From: a virus
Lineage: Duplodnaviria > Caudoviricetes
Direction: 5' to 3' (one strand)
Virus record (IMG/VR): IMGVR_UViG_3300041991_000007
Coordinates: 1 to 62,870 of that record
Length of the DNA: 62,870 bases
Shown here piece after piece: positions 44,884-54,559 of this stretch. Within the stretch, counting starts at the first letter, position 1. Each line of letters opens with the position of its first letter. Made by a program: the position numbers and the translations under genes. The notes beneath the pieces were generated by a model. It did not search any database. It was not told the DNA's origin and saw only the letters and a program-made list of their open reading frames with translations.

Positions 44884-45548
44884 TGTCTGATCCGACAGTT
44901 AAAACTATAGGAGATTTACCTGCCGGCCCTACAGACTTGGTAGGTACTGAACTAGTAGAGATTCAGGATGGAGTAGGCGTAGGCGCTAGTAAACAGAGTA
45001 CAGCGGCTAAAGTAGCGGCTATAGCTTTGCGACAGTCTGTACAAACTATAGCCGCTGGAACAGGTGGGGCAGTAGTAGATTCTACAGACCCTAATCATCC
45101 TACTATATCATTACCTATTCCGGTAGCAGGAAATAATTTTAGTATTGATAATACTAATCCAGAAGCACCTATCTATTCATCGACTACGCCAGTAGCCGGT
45201 GGAGTAAATGCATCATATGGATCGGTAGGCGGGGCAGGACTAAAAGCGGGTGATGGTGTAATAGGTATATCTACCGCAGCGTATACATTGACGGGATGGA
45301 GCGTACAATGCGATCCATCCGGTTCAGTACAGATAGATGTAAAGATAGGAACACTTGGTAGCGCTCCATCTTCTATAGTCGGTACAGGTAATTTCCCTAC
45401 TATTGTAGGTACTACATATAATTCATCTACAGATTTATCTAGTTGGGATAGTGTAAGTATACCTAAAGGTGCATTAGTAGAGATATCAGTCAAGTCTGCT
45501 AGCATGGCTACATGGTTTACTTTAGCGCTTCTAGGAAAAAGAGTATGA
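44883..45548 (+). CDS. Tail fibre component
   Basis: I.DLP...L.GTE N-terminus and a beta-sandwich-like C-terminus. Confidence 0.6.
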   Translation: MSDPTVKTIGDLPAGPTDLVGTELVEIQDGVGVGASKQSTAAKVAAIALRQSVQTIAAGTGGAVVDSTDPNHPTISLPIPVAGNNFSIDNTNPEAPIYSSTTPVAGGVNASYGSVGGAGLKAGDGVIGISTAAYTLTGWSVQCDPSGSVQIDVKIGTLGSAPSSIVGTGNFPTIVGTTYNSSTDLSSWDSVSIPKGALVEISVKSASMATWFTLALLGKRV

Positions 45549-46486
45549 CCACAGCAATTTATTCTACTGCATGGTCGCATTTAACAGATGCAGACTTTAG
45601 AGCTTGGGGGTCTGAATTATCTGCCGCAATGCAGACGTGCGGCCTTTTACCCAGCGCAGATACAGGTCAGATTAACTGGACTACAGTAGCGCGCCCTGCC
45701 GGCAATAATACTGCGGCAGGATACGAAATTTACCAATTCACAGATTCTTTGCAGGCTACATATCCTATATTCGTGAAGATAGAATATGGGACAGGAAATA
45801 CTCATACTAACTACGATAGCCCCGCATTGTGGATAACTGTAGGGCAAGGTTCTAATGGATCAGGAACACTTACAGGGGTACTAACAACTCGTACACAGAT
45901 AATGTGTAATAGTAGTGGACAGAATGCTCGCGTAATAGGTAATAATTCAACTTCTTGGCCTACATTTATAAGCTTTAATGGTAGTTATTTAGGAGTAGCT
46001 TTAAAGATAGGTGGATTGTATAATACCTATTCAGGGCAGACTGGCGGTAGTTGCATGTTCGCTATAGGGCGCGCTGTAGATGCTACAGGTGCATATGTCG
46101 GCGGCAAAATAATGGTAGCGCACCCTGATTCAACTAATCCTGCATCAGTATTCTACGATACTGCGCAGACTTTCTGCATAAATACTATTACAGGACTAAT
46201 GTATTCGCAGAATAATGGGTACTTTACCTTTATACCGTACTCAGAACTTAATACTTCTGTAGGCGGAGCACAGTTTCAGGTATTTCCTACATATGGTGTA
46301 TACCCAGAAGCTTCGCCTAATTTATGGTTGCTGTATGGAGTAAATGGAGAATTACCACTTGGGGTAACTATTAAAGCTACACCAGTAGGGGCTGCTTCCC
46401 ATACGTACATAATGACAGGCACAGCATCCGCAGGTTGGGGATTACCTTCTAACAATAACTATTCTATGCTAATGTTGTGGGAATAA
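45545..46486 (+). CDS. Putative receptor-binding protein A
   Basis: Beta-rich; paralogous to the next gene; ATGA overlap start. Confidence 0.6.
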   Translation: MTTAIYSTAWSHLTDADFRAWGSELSAAMQTCGLLPSADTGQINWTTVARPAGNNTAAGYEIYQFTDSLQATYPIFVKIEYGTGNTHTNYDSPALWITVGQGSNGSGTLTGVLTTRTQIMCNSSGQNARVIGNNSTSWPTFISFNGSYLGVALKIGGLYNTYSGQTGGSCMFAIGRAVDATGAYVGGKIMVAHPDSTNPASVFYDTAQTFCINTITGLMYSQNNGYFTFIPYSELNTSVGGAQFQVFPTYGVYPEASPNLWLLYGVNGELPLGVTIKATPVGAASHTYIMTGTASAGWGLPSNNNYSMLMLWE

Positions 46487-46487
46487 T

Positions 46488-47411
46488 ATGGCTACTCAAA
46501 ATTTCTCTACTGTGTTTGAACAGACGTCGGATGCCACCTTTAGAAATTGGGGGCTAGAACTTTCGACTGCGCTGCAAGCGACTGGGTTAGCCCAAACTGC
46601 AGATACAGGTCAGATTAACTGGACTACAGTATTACGCCCTACGACAGCTAGCGCTTCCGCTGGATATGAAGTTTACGCTTTTACAGATACTCTACAAGCT
46701 ACAGACCCCATATTCATTAAGATAGAGTATGGGTCAGGGCCATTAAGTAATGGGCAGCAACCCGGTATATGGATAACTATAGGTACAAGTACGAATGGTG
46801 CAGGCACTCTAGGCGGCAGTTTAAGTGCGCGTACTCCAATGTGGGTTTACGATAGAGCCTCTGGCGGTATTCGCTCATACTCTACACCGTACCAATCGTA
46901 TATATGCTTTGATGGCAGTTATTTGGGGGTAGTACACAAACTAGAAGGATGCACAGCATATAATGGCGGTATATGGCCTAATGCTGCGTTTATGATCGGC
47001 CGACCCTGTGATAACACTGGCGCATACATTGGTGGTGGGTACATATTTCTACATAATAAAGTATCCTACGGTACACCGCAGAATAACCCGTGGACTATGT
47101 ACTGCATGAATACGGCTACAGGTGTATCGTACACCACAGATTCATACTTCTCGCTAGCCCCATATGGGCTATCGGCTACATTACTAGCTAGTGGGGATAT
47201 ACAAGTATTTCCCTGCTTTAGTTGTCTACCCCTCATATCGCCTATTAATTGGGCTATATATGGAGTAGTAGCAGAGACAGCGCAAGGTGCTACAGCTCAT
47301 ACGGCAGTAGTAGGTGCAACTGCACAAGATTATCTAATGATTGGTAGCGCAGCATATGGTGCAGCTTTACCGAATGATACTCTACACTCCCTTATGATGA
47401 AGTTCCAATAA
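46488..47411 (+). CDS. Putative receptor-binding protein B
   Basis: Shares FR.WG.ELS.A, ADTGQINWTTV.RP and PIF.KIEYG with the previous gene. Confidence 0.6.
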   Translation: MATQNFSTVFEQTSDATFRNWGLELSTALQATGLAQTADTGQINWTTVLRPTTASASAGYEVYAFTDTLQATDPIFIKIEYGSGPLSNGQQPGIWITIGTSTNGAGTLGGSLSARTPMWVYDRASGGIRSYSTPYQSYICFDGSYLGVVHKLEGCTAYNGGIWPNAAFMIGRPCDNTGAYIGGGYIFLHNKVSYGTPQNNPWTMYCMNTATGVSYTTDSYFSLAPYGLSATLLASGDIQVFPCFSCLPLISPINWAIYGVVAETAQGATAHTAVVGATAQDYLMIGSAAYGAALPNDTLHSLMMKFQ

Positions 47412-47617
47412 TGGCCGTAATAACCATACCAACTCCTACTCCACTAGTAGATTTTGCTAATTCAGGATTTGCCCCAAAAGATGCTACTAGTCTAATAAAA
47501 GTAGGTAGTGTAGTATCGCTATTTAGCGATTTAGCTACAAAGACGATAGGTATAGGTATAATGCCCGCTACTGGCGGCGGCGGCGGCGGGACACAAGGGT
47601 CTATATCTTTTAACTAA
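47411..47617 (+). CDS. Small tail-associated protein
   Basis: 68 aa with a poly-Gly run near the C-terminus. Confidence 0.55.
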   Translation: MAVITIPTPTPLVDFANSGFAPKDATSLIKVGSVVSLFSDLATKTIGIGIMPATGGGGGGTQGSISFN

Positions 47618-47629
47618 TGGTGAGTTACC

Positions 47630-49048
47630 ATGTCTCTTAAGATTTTATATACCACTATTAGTGGAATGCTGACTGCCGATATTTCGGCGGCTACTACCTT
47701 AATACCAGTAGATGCTGATACCCTTTCGATAATTAACTCTAGTGTAAACTTCGGTGCTGGTGAATGGACATACCTAACACTAAGTAACGATATCTATTCA
47801 GAAGAAGTAAAAGTAATAGGTACGCAGACTACATATCTTACAGTAGTACGCGCGCAGTCTGGTTCTACAGCGCAGACTTTTGGCGCCGCTAATACTACTA
47901 TTTATGATCGTGTAGGCGCGCAAGCTATACTTGATTTAATCGCAGCCAATCCAGCACCAGTAGATGTTGACGTAGTAGGAACCGGTTTAGCTACAGTTAC
48001 TAGCGCTACTTCTGGAGGGACTACAACATATACATTAAATGTCGCTCCACCTAGTTTTTCTGGCGAAGGCGGTAATACAGTTTTAGGTTTATGGCCTAAC
48101 TTAATTATAGCTTACGAAGGCAGCACAGAAGGATGTGGATGTTCAGGTGGAAGTGGTAGCGGAACTGGTGTAGATACCGTAGTAGTAACTAGCGCTATAT
48201 TGTCTGCGTCTATAGCTGCTAATGTATTAACTCTAGCATTACCATCCCCATCTTTTATAGGTTCTGGTGGTGTAACTGTATCTGGATCATGGGCAGACGG
48301 CTATACAATATCTGGCGGTGGCGGTGGCGGAACTGGTACTGTCACATCCGTAGCCGCAGGCACAGGGCTAACACTTACTGGATCGCCTAGCACTAATCCT
48401 ACTCTATCCCTAACAGCTACTGGCGTAGGGGCTGGCATATATGGTGGATTCACATTTAATGCGCAGGGGCAATTAACCGGCGTAGCGAGTGGGTATGCCC
48501 CGGTAGGTTCCCTAGCTTTCACTAATGGCGCTACTGTAACTCTTACGGGTACTGATTATACCGTAACAATGCATACCGCAGATGTGGGTGTACAGGGTAT
48601 AGTAGCTTTAGCTGATAGTGCATCACCACTAGATTCCGCAGACGATGCTACAGCAGTTACACCTAAATTACTAGCAGCGGTAATAAGCACTTTAGGTGGG
48701 ACTCTTTTAGGTGCAGGATCTTCTAATGGTGAATCTGATGCTCTATATACAAATGTACTGTCTACAACAGCGCTAACTATTGCGCTAGCTTCTGGACAGA
48801 AAGCACTGATTATAGGTGAAGTAGAAGTAGTAAATACTACGCCATCCAGTGTGCCTACTTTTGGTGTAGCAGTCTTTAATTCTAGCACAGTTAAACTATA
48901 CGGTTCTAAATCTATAGTACAGAATAAACAGCCTGTAGTGTTTGTGCTTAATGGGCCAGTAAGTAGCACAAATATCTCCTTAGTAACTACTGCTCTAGGT
49001 AGTGGAGATTCAGTCACTTCATCTAATCTTGCAGCGATAATCTTCTAA
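47630..49048 (+). CDS. Tail fibre protein (paralogue 4, long)
   Basis: Same anchor (RAQSGSTAQTF), GCGC, then GTVTSVAAGTGL-type fibre repeats. Confidence 0.75.
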   Translation: MSLKILYTTISGMLTADISAATTLIPVDADTLSIINSSVNFGAGEWTYLTLSNDIYSEEVKVIGTQTTYLTVVRAQSGSTAQTFGAANTTIYDRVGAQAILDLIAANPAPVDVDVVGTGLATVTSATSGGTTTYTLNVAPPSFSGEGGNTVLGLWPNLIIAYEGSTEGCGCSGGSGSGTGVDTVVVTSAILSASIAANVLTLALPSPSFIGSGGVTVSGSWADGYTISGGGGGGTGTVTSVAAGTGLTLTGSPSTNPTLSLTATGVGAGIYGGFTFNAQGQLTGVASGYAPVGSLAFTNGATVTLTGTDYTVTMHTADVGVQGIVALADSASPLDSADDATAVTPKLLAAVISTLGGTLLGAGSSNGESDALYTNVLSTTALTIALASGQKALIIGEVEVVNTTPSSVPTFGVAVFNSSTVKLYGSKSIVQNKQPVVFVLNGPVSSTNISLVTTALGSGDSVTSSNLAAIIF

Positions 49049-50856
49049 TGCCAAGTATACGCATTCAGCAGTTTGGCGGAATTAACACAGAAATCTCGGC
49101 TCGACTAAGCCGAGAAGACGTTGCGCAGGTGGCGCATAATTGCCTGTTATGGGATGGTACACTACGCCCTCTAGCCAAGTGGGTAAGTAATCAAGGCGGC
49201 CTATCTAATCGCTATACAATTATGTTCGATGGGACAAATATAATCTCTAAGAACTTACAGAAGGCAGTAAAGTTAGATGCCCCAGTATATGTAGATGGTA
49301 CAGTAGTAGGATTAAATCCTTCTATAGTAGATTCTGACAGAAGTAACGTATGCTATCAGAATACATATACCCAAATAGATCAAATTACAGAAGTAGGTGT
49401 TACCGCCCCACTAATTTCGACTTATACTAATATAGGTTGGACTCCACAGCACCTATCTATAAAGCCAGTTAATAGGCTTTATGCAGCATCACTCGTGCGA
49501 GATAACTATGGAAAACTGGAAGAAGGCCCGATAGCTCTACTTCCAGAACAAAACTATACAGACTTGCATTATGAAGGGGATGCATGCCGTGTAGACTTAC
49601 GTATATCAGATGCTCCTGTACGGGAGCGTTGTTATGTGCGTTTATATCGCAGTATTTCAGCGCTAGAGACTGGACAGGAAATATCTAATATCCTAGATAC
49701 CGATTGGTACTTAGTAGCGGAACTAAAGAATTATGTAGCGTACCTAGGTGGTGTATTTAGAGAATACTCCTATATTGATGGAGGTTCACCTGTAGCATCT
49801 TCTTTAGATATATATTTAGCTGCGCACTTCTACCCGCCTCACCCATACACATATAAATATATAGCCGCCACAGAAGGTGGGTGGATAGCTATTGCTACTG
49901 ACGATGGGCACTTGTCTATATCTGAAAGGTATATGACACACGCATGGCCTACAGAAAATACTTTGAAAATTCCCGGTAAGATAACCGATATGGTTGCTTA
50001 CTATGATAACGTATTCGTAGGCACAAACCATGAACCCTACATTATCACTATTGGAGTCGGGGAAGCGCTGGGCGCACAGATCAATCCTCGGCCCTTCCAT
50101 GAGGATTACGCCTGTTTGCCGGGGTCTATGGCCCGGACAGGCGGCGGCGCGCTCTATGCGTCCGCAGCGGGGCTTGTGGCCCTATCTCAAGAAGGGATGC
50201 GGGTAATCACGGCGTCTGTAGCCAGTGGTATTCGACCGCTGTACCATGTAAAGTATGTGGCAGCAGATACACTACAGCATTGTACTGATCTTACTTTCCA
50301 AGATACTAATTACGGAGCTTATTTCAGAGGTACATATTTTGGGTTCTGTTCTCCTGCAACGGTAGACAATGGTATCTACTTGTCTATAGGTTATCTGTTC
50401 GATACTGGGAGCACACTAGATGGTAGCCATCCATCGCAAAGATTAGCTACCTTTGATTACCCTAGTGGAAAGGTTATTAGCCACTGCATTACTAATGATG
50501 GTCTGGCTATACTTATAAATAATGCTGTATGGACTATGGCATTACCTAATATGGTGACTAAAGATAGTTACGCTAATTCTCCTAAACAGTGCTACGCGTG
50601 GAAATCTAAGAAGTATGTTTTTCCGGGCGAAACTACATTCGCATTTGCTAAGGTAGTACATGACTGCGATGGATTCGTAAGGCTCAAAATATACTGCGAT
50701 GGAATCTGTGTTTATGACACCAATGTTCCCGGAAGCAAACCAATCGCTTTACCGCCATCCGTAGTAGGCGTAACATGGGAAGTGGAAGTACATGGAACCG
50801 CAACGGTACATGAAATTCATATGGCAACTTCGATAGACGAGCTAATAGAACAATGA
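49048..50856 (+). CDS. Tail nozzle/tubular protein (podovirus type)
   Basis: I.I..FGG.......AQ.A.NC....G.LRP N-terminus; SE....HAWP, YAS..GLV, WKSK.Y motifs. Confidence 0.75.
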   Translation: MPSIRIQQFGGINTEISARLSREDVAQVAHNCLLWDGTLRPLAKWVSNQGGLSNRYTIMFDGTNIISKNLQKAVKLDAPVYVDGTVVGLNPSIVDSDRSNVCYQNTYTQIDQITEVGVTAPLISTYTNIGWTPQHLSIKPVNRLYAASLVRDNYGKLEEGPIALLPEQNYTDLHYEGDACRVDLRISDAPVRERCYVRLYRSISALETGQEISNILDTDWYLVAELKNYVAYLGGVFREYSYIDGGSPVASSLDIYLAAHFYPPHPYTYKYIAATEGGWIAIATDDGHLSISERYMTHAWPTENTLKIPGKITDMVAYYDNVFVGTNHEPYIITIGVGEALGAQINPRPFHEDYACLPGSMARTGGGALYASAAGLVALSQEGMRVITASVASGIRPLYHVKYVAADTLQHCTDLTFQDTNYGAYFRGTYFGFCSPATVDNGIYLSIGYLFDTGSTLDGSHPSQRLATFDYPSGKVISHCITNDGLAILINNAVWTMALPNMVTKDSYANSPKQCYAWKSKKYVFPGETTFAFAKVVHDCDGFVRLKIYCDGICVYDTNVPGSKPIALPPSVVGVTWEVEVHGTATVHEIHMATSIDELIEQ

Positions 50857-51368
50857 GCGAATTACAGAAGTCAATCCGACAAGTGGTAGGCAAACAGATG
50901 GAAATAGATGGTACTCTACGAGAACTATTTATTAAGCATTTAGAGATTAATTCCGAAGAGAATAAAGATAATCCTGGCTACAAAGCATACGCTGGCTATG
51001 CAGTAGAAGTTGGTGTAGCTTTGATGAATCTAGTTATATCTATAAAGAAGCCAGATTCAGGTAGGGGTTTTCGAGCAGTATCCGATTTAGTGTATACGCT
51101 AAATGCCAATGATTTTTGGGTTAAGAATGCTCCTGTGTTAGTACCTGTCCTAACAATAGTCCTAAACTCGCATAGGGATTATATAGACATGGTATCTCGC
51201 AGAACAGAACTACAGGACTATGCAGTATACGATAAGATGATGAGCGCGGCAGATGGAGCTTCGCTGGAACTCTTCTCGATGCTACTATACTTAGTAGGCG
51301 GCCCAGCTTTAATGAATACCAATTCACTCCCGCTTAAAATGGATTTAGCACCTTTCTTACTGAGTTAA
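50853..51368 (+). CDS. Hypothetical protein
   Basis: 171-aa helical ORF. Confidence 0.65.
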   Translation: MSELQKSIRQVVGKQMEIDGTLRELFIKHLEINSEENKDNPGYKAYAGYAVEVGVALMNLVISIKKPDSGRGFRAVSDLVYTLNANDFWVKNAPVLVPVLTIVLNSHRDYIDMVSRRTELQDYAVYDKMMSAADGASLELFSMLLYLVGGPALMNTNSLPLKMDLAPFLLS

Positions 51369-51369
51369 T

Positions 51370-52110
51370 ATGGTAACGCAAAGTTTTATTTTCGATGAAA
51401 CAGAAATCCTGACCCAAGCCGCAGAAGCAGCGGCGGGGTTGGGTTCTTTTATTTCAGGATTGCAGAATATAGAACTTTCGCGTAAGTATTACAATTTGTA
51501 TAATCAGCAAAGACAGTTCTATTACTCTACATTCCAGAGTGGTGCAGAACGGACTCTCGCCAACCAAGCATATAGTGAGCCTACGTATGTACTTAATTAC
51601 GGAGCTAGAGCACAGACGGTACTAAATCCGTCTACAGGCCCACTAGCCACAGAAGCCACGGATGTATTGAGTTGGGTTACTCGACATGGCGGTATGTTCG
51701 CACAGACTATAGATCCAGATATCAGCGAACTAGAAGTCGATATGGCCCGTATTACTTCTGACTGGATTAACTATCTCTACCGTTTTGAAGAGCTATGGGC
51801 AGATATTCGCAATGATACTAGATGGGCGCATAGATTGACAGTCCATAATATTGCGATTAAACAGGGCACTGCAATCACAGCATCTTTAAGTGATGCTGTG
51901 AAAAATTACTCTAGTCAGATTACAGACTTATCTTCGCAGTTAGCTACCTATGGAAATGGTATAGCTAAATATGCAGGGTATAAACGTGGACTACAGGATA
52001 CTGCACAAGAATTTACGCAAGGAACTAAATTTTCGCGTCAGCCAGTAATGACACAGCTACCAGCTAAGAATATGGGGCCAGATTTAGAGCGTGCTAGGAG
52101 TATGGCATGA
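51370..52110 (+). CDS. Internal virion/ejection protein (paralogue of 52107)
   Basis: Helical; L...YYN...Q...F and GNG.A.Y.GY shared with the next gene. Confidence 0.6.
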   Translation: MVTQSFIFDETEILTQAAEAAAGLGSFISGLQNIELSRKYYNLYNQQRQFYYSTFQSGAERTLANQAYSEPTYVLNYGARAQTVLNPSTGPLATEATDVLSWVTRHGGMFAQTIDPDISELEVDMARITSDWINYLYRFEELWADIRNDTRWAHRLTVHNIAIKQGTAITASLSDAVKNYSSQITDLSSQLATYGNGIAKYAGYKRGLQDTAQEFTQGTKFSRQPVMTQLPAKNMGPDLERARSMA

Positions 52111-52844
52111 TTAATAATACCCCACAAGTAACGCAGCGCCAAAACAAGACTGGTATTTCCGGTACTGGACAGACACAACCACTAGCAGGAGAAGACTCTA
52201 CTTCGCTAGATACTTCTATAAGCAAAGGTGGTATGCGTGGCCTTGGGCTATTAGCAGCGGCTATAGCTGAGTATGAGCTTAAAAAGAAAGCAGTCGATCT
52301 TGCTAAAGACTACTATAATGTTAATCAGCAGGACTACGTGTTTTTTCAGACTGTGCATCAACCCGCCATCGGTAGTTCTGCTAATGAAGTTTTCAGTTCC
52401 CTTAACCCTACGTATAATTATGATTTTTATGCTTCTGTACCAGCGGCTATCGCGAAAGTAAATAATACTGACAAGCAATGGTATGAAGCACGTCGTAGAA
52501 TCCCTAAGTACAATATAGGGCAGCAGCGTCGATTAGATTACGATATGGGTATAGCGCGGGCGCATGCTGTAACAGCGGGCTGGAATGCAGGTATTCGATA
52601 CGAATTAAGTTGGGTAGATGACCACAATAATCGCGCTTTCAATCGTAAGGCCGCAGTAGTTAATGTCGGTCTAGGTATTGGAAACATAGTGCGTGAAGGT
52701 CTAGCTAGTTCAGTAACTTCACTATCCACAAGCTATGATGCAATAGGCGATACAGTCGCATCTATAGGTAATGGCTATGCTGCATACAGTGGATATAATG
52801 ATTCTAGGCAACAAGTGCGCAAAGCCGCAAGTGGAGATAACTAA
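52107..52844 (+). CDS. Internal virion/ejection protein (paralogue of 51370)
   Basis: Shares the same motifs as the 51370 protein. Confidence 0.6.
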   Translation: MINNTPQVTQRQNKTGISGTGQTQPLAGEDSTSLDTSISKGGMRGLGLLAAAIAEYELKKKAVDLAKDYYNVNQQDYVFFQTVHQPAIGSSANEVFSSLNPTYNYDFYASVPAAIAKVNNTDKQWYEARRRIPKYNIGQQRRLDYDMGIARAHAVTAGWNAGIRYELSWVDDHNNRAFNRKAAVVNVGLGIGNIVREGLASSVTSLSTSYDAIGDTVASIGNGYAAYSGYNDSRQQVRKAASGDN

Positions 52845-53599
52845 TGGCTAGGCAGGTTATGTTCGATCCGTTTGGTTCGTATACACAAGGATTCGATCAA
52901 GGCGCAGGTCGCCAAATACAGCAAGAAGGCGCTATGCGCCAAGACCGTGCGATGGATAATACCAACGCATTAGCACCATATCAGCTTGCGGCAGCGCAAC
53001 GCGAAGATACATTAGGTAAAACGACTCTACCATATCAGCAGGCTCTAGCGCCTTTTGCGCTAGATACTGCGCGCGCTAATAGGTATGATACTCAAGTTCG
53101 GCAGGCGGGAAACTTCGCGCAGACGTTTAATGCTCCTGCCCCGCTTGAGCATATAATGCAGCAGTATTTTGGCGTAACACCGGCTAATGTGTCTACAGGT
53201 AATGGGCCACCGACTACCACGCTATTTATGAATGACGCCAATGGTAATCCAGTCCCTATCTCTAGTACCCCTAATCTTGGGCAGCATGTACTAGATTACC
53301 TAAACTGGCAGCGGGCTATACAAGCGCGACAGTTAGAGAATCAGCAACAGTATCAAAGTGGAATAATACAAAATACTGCGGCACGTAATGAAGCCTATGG
53401 AGTAGGCCAACAGGCTAGAATGTTAGGTGCATATGGCCGTTACTATCAAGGTGCTGGCGGTATAAATGGTAACTCTCTGTTCGGGGGTAATATGCCTATG
53501 GACTTAACCAATCCCGGCTACTACACTCAACCGCAGCAGCCGCAAGGATATCCGCCACAAGTCGGAGTAGATCCAGCGTATAATCTCGGAACACCATAA
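52844..53599 (+). CDS. Internal virion protein, Gln-rich
   Basis: Composition and position. Confidence 0.55.
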   Translation: MARQVMFDPFGSYTQGFDQGAGRQIQQEGAMRQDRAMDNTNALAPYQLAAAQREDTLGKTTLPYQQALAPFALDTARANRYDTQVRQAGNFAQTFNAPAPLEHIMQQYFGVTPANVSTGNGPPTTTLFMNDANGNPVPISSTPNLGQHVLDYLNWQRAIQARQLENQQQYQSGIIQNTAARNEAYGVGQQARMLGAYGRYYQGAGGINGNSLFGGNMPMDLTNPGYYTQPQQPQGYPPQVGVDPAYNLGTP

Positions 53600-54243
53600 T
53601 GCCTGATGCAGTGCAAGATTTTGTATCGCAGCAGAATCTATTTAATCTAGCGCAAGGTCAACAGCCGCAGCCTACACAGCCGCAGCCTAATCCATCTGTA
53701 TCCGAAGATAGTTCGGGTATGGATGCATATATGCCGCCTGTACCTAGTACCAACGTAGTCCATTTACCGCAGTTTTACCAGCGTAAATATATTAGTTATG
53801 ATGTAGAGCCGCAAGCTGCCCGCGAAAATGACTCGTTCAATAGCATGGCTAAAACGCTAGAACAGGTAATTAAAGAGAAAGAATCTACTGATAATTATCA
53901 GGCAGTAAATCCGAAAAGTTCAGCTAGTGGGGCGTATCAATATACAGACTCTACTTGGAATAACTATGGGGGTTATCCAAAAGCTGCACTAGCTCCACCG
54001 GCAGTACAAGACCAAAAATTTAGGGAAGATATCCAGCATAGGCTAGCCGCTTTCGATGGCGACCCATATAAAGCTATTGCTGCGCATTATTTACCCGCAC
54101 TGGCTGACGATCCTACCAAATGGAATAAACCATTTAAAGTACATGGTCGTGTAGTAAAGCCAGTTCTTTCATATGTACGATATGTAACAAAAGGAACTCC
54201 CTTAGAGGCTGGACTAGATGAATACCTTGCGAACAGGCAATAA
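53599..54243 (+). CDS. Virion-associated lytic transglycosylase
   Basis: KES.DNY.A.N..SSASGAYQY...TW and A....QD motifs (lysozyme/Rpf-like fold). Confidence 0.8.
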   Translation: MPDAVQDFVSQQNLFNLAQGQQPQPTQPQPNPSVSEDSSGMDAYMPPVPSTNVVHLPQFYQRKYISYDVEPQAARENDSFNSMAKTLEQVIKEKESTDNYQAVNPKSSASGAYQYTDSTWNNYGGYPKAALAPPAVQDQKFREDIQHRLAAFDGDPYKAIAAHYLPALADDPTKWNKPFKVHGRVVKPVLSYVRYVTKGTPLEAGLDEYLANRQ

Positions 54244-54244
54244 A

Positions 54245-54559
54245 ATGTCTACTAGCCTACAGGAAGGGTTAGGTGAATTTAATATAATGCGGGATCAAGC
54301 GATTGAAGGTACTAAAAATATGAAGGGTCAAAACCCTAAGTATTTTGGTATGTCTAATCGTGGTAAAGATGTAGAAATGTTTTTCCCGAAAGAAAATATA
54401 ACTGAACTAGATAATCATTACGGGATGGACTTAGCAGTAATAGTTCCCGAAGGTACGGGTACATTCGATATGCTTAAACCTGCATTTGGCATGCGGCTAA
54501 GCACAAAAGAACCTAGGACAATTCGTAACTACCTGCGTAAGTTGTTGGAGTCGGTCTAA
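54245..54559 (+). CDS. Hypothetical protein
   Basis: ATG 54245 follows the previous stop. Confidence 0.6.
   Translation: MSTSLQEGLGEFNIMRDQAIEGTKNMKGQNPKYFGMSNRGKDVEMFFPKENITELDNHYGMDLAVIVPEGTGTFDMLKPAFGMRLSTKEPRTIRNYLRKLLESV

Noticed and set aside
45545-47411. Diversity-generating retroelement TR/VR pair
   Set aside because: No reverse transcriptase; the repeat is exact and N-terminal rather than adenine-variable and C-terminal.
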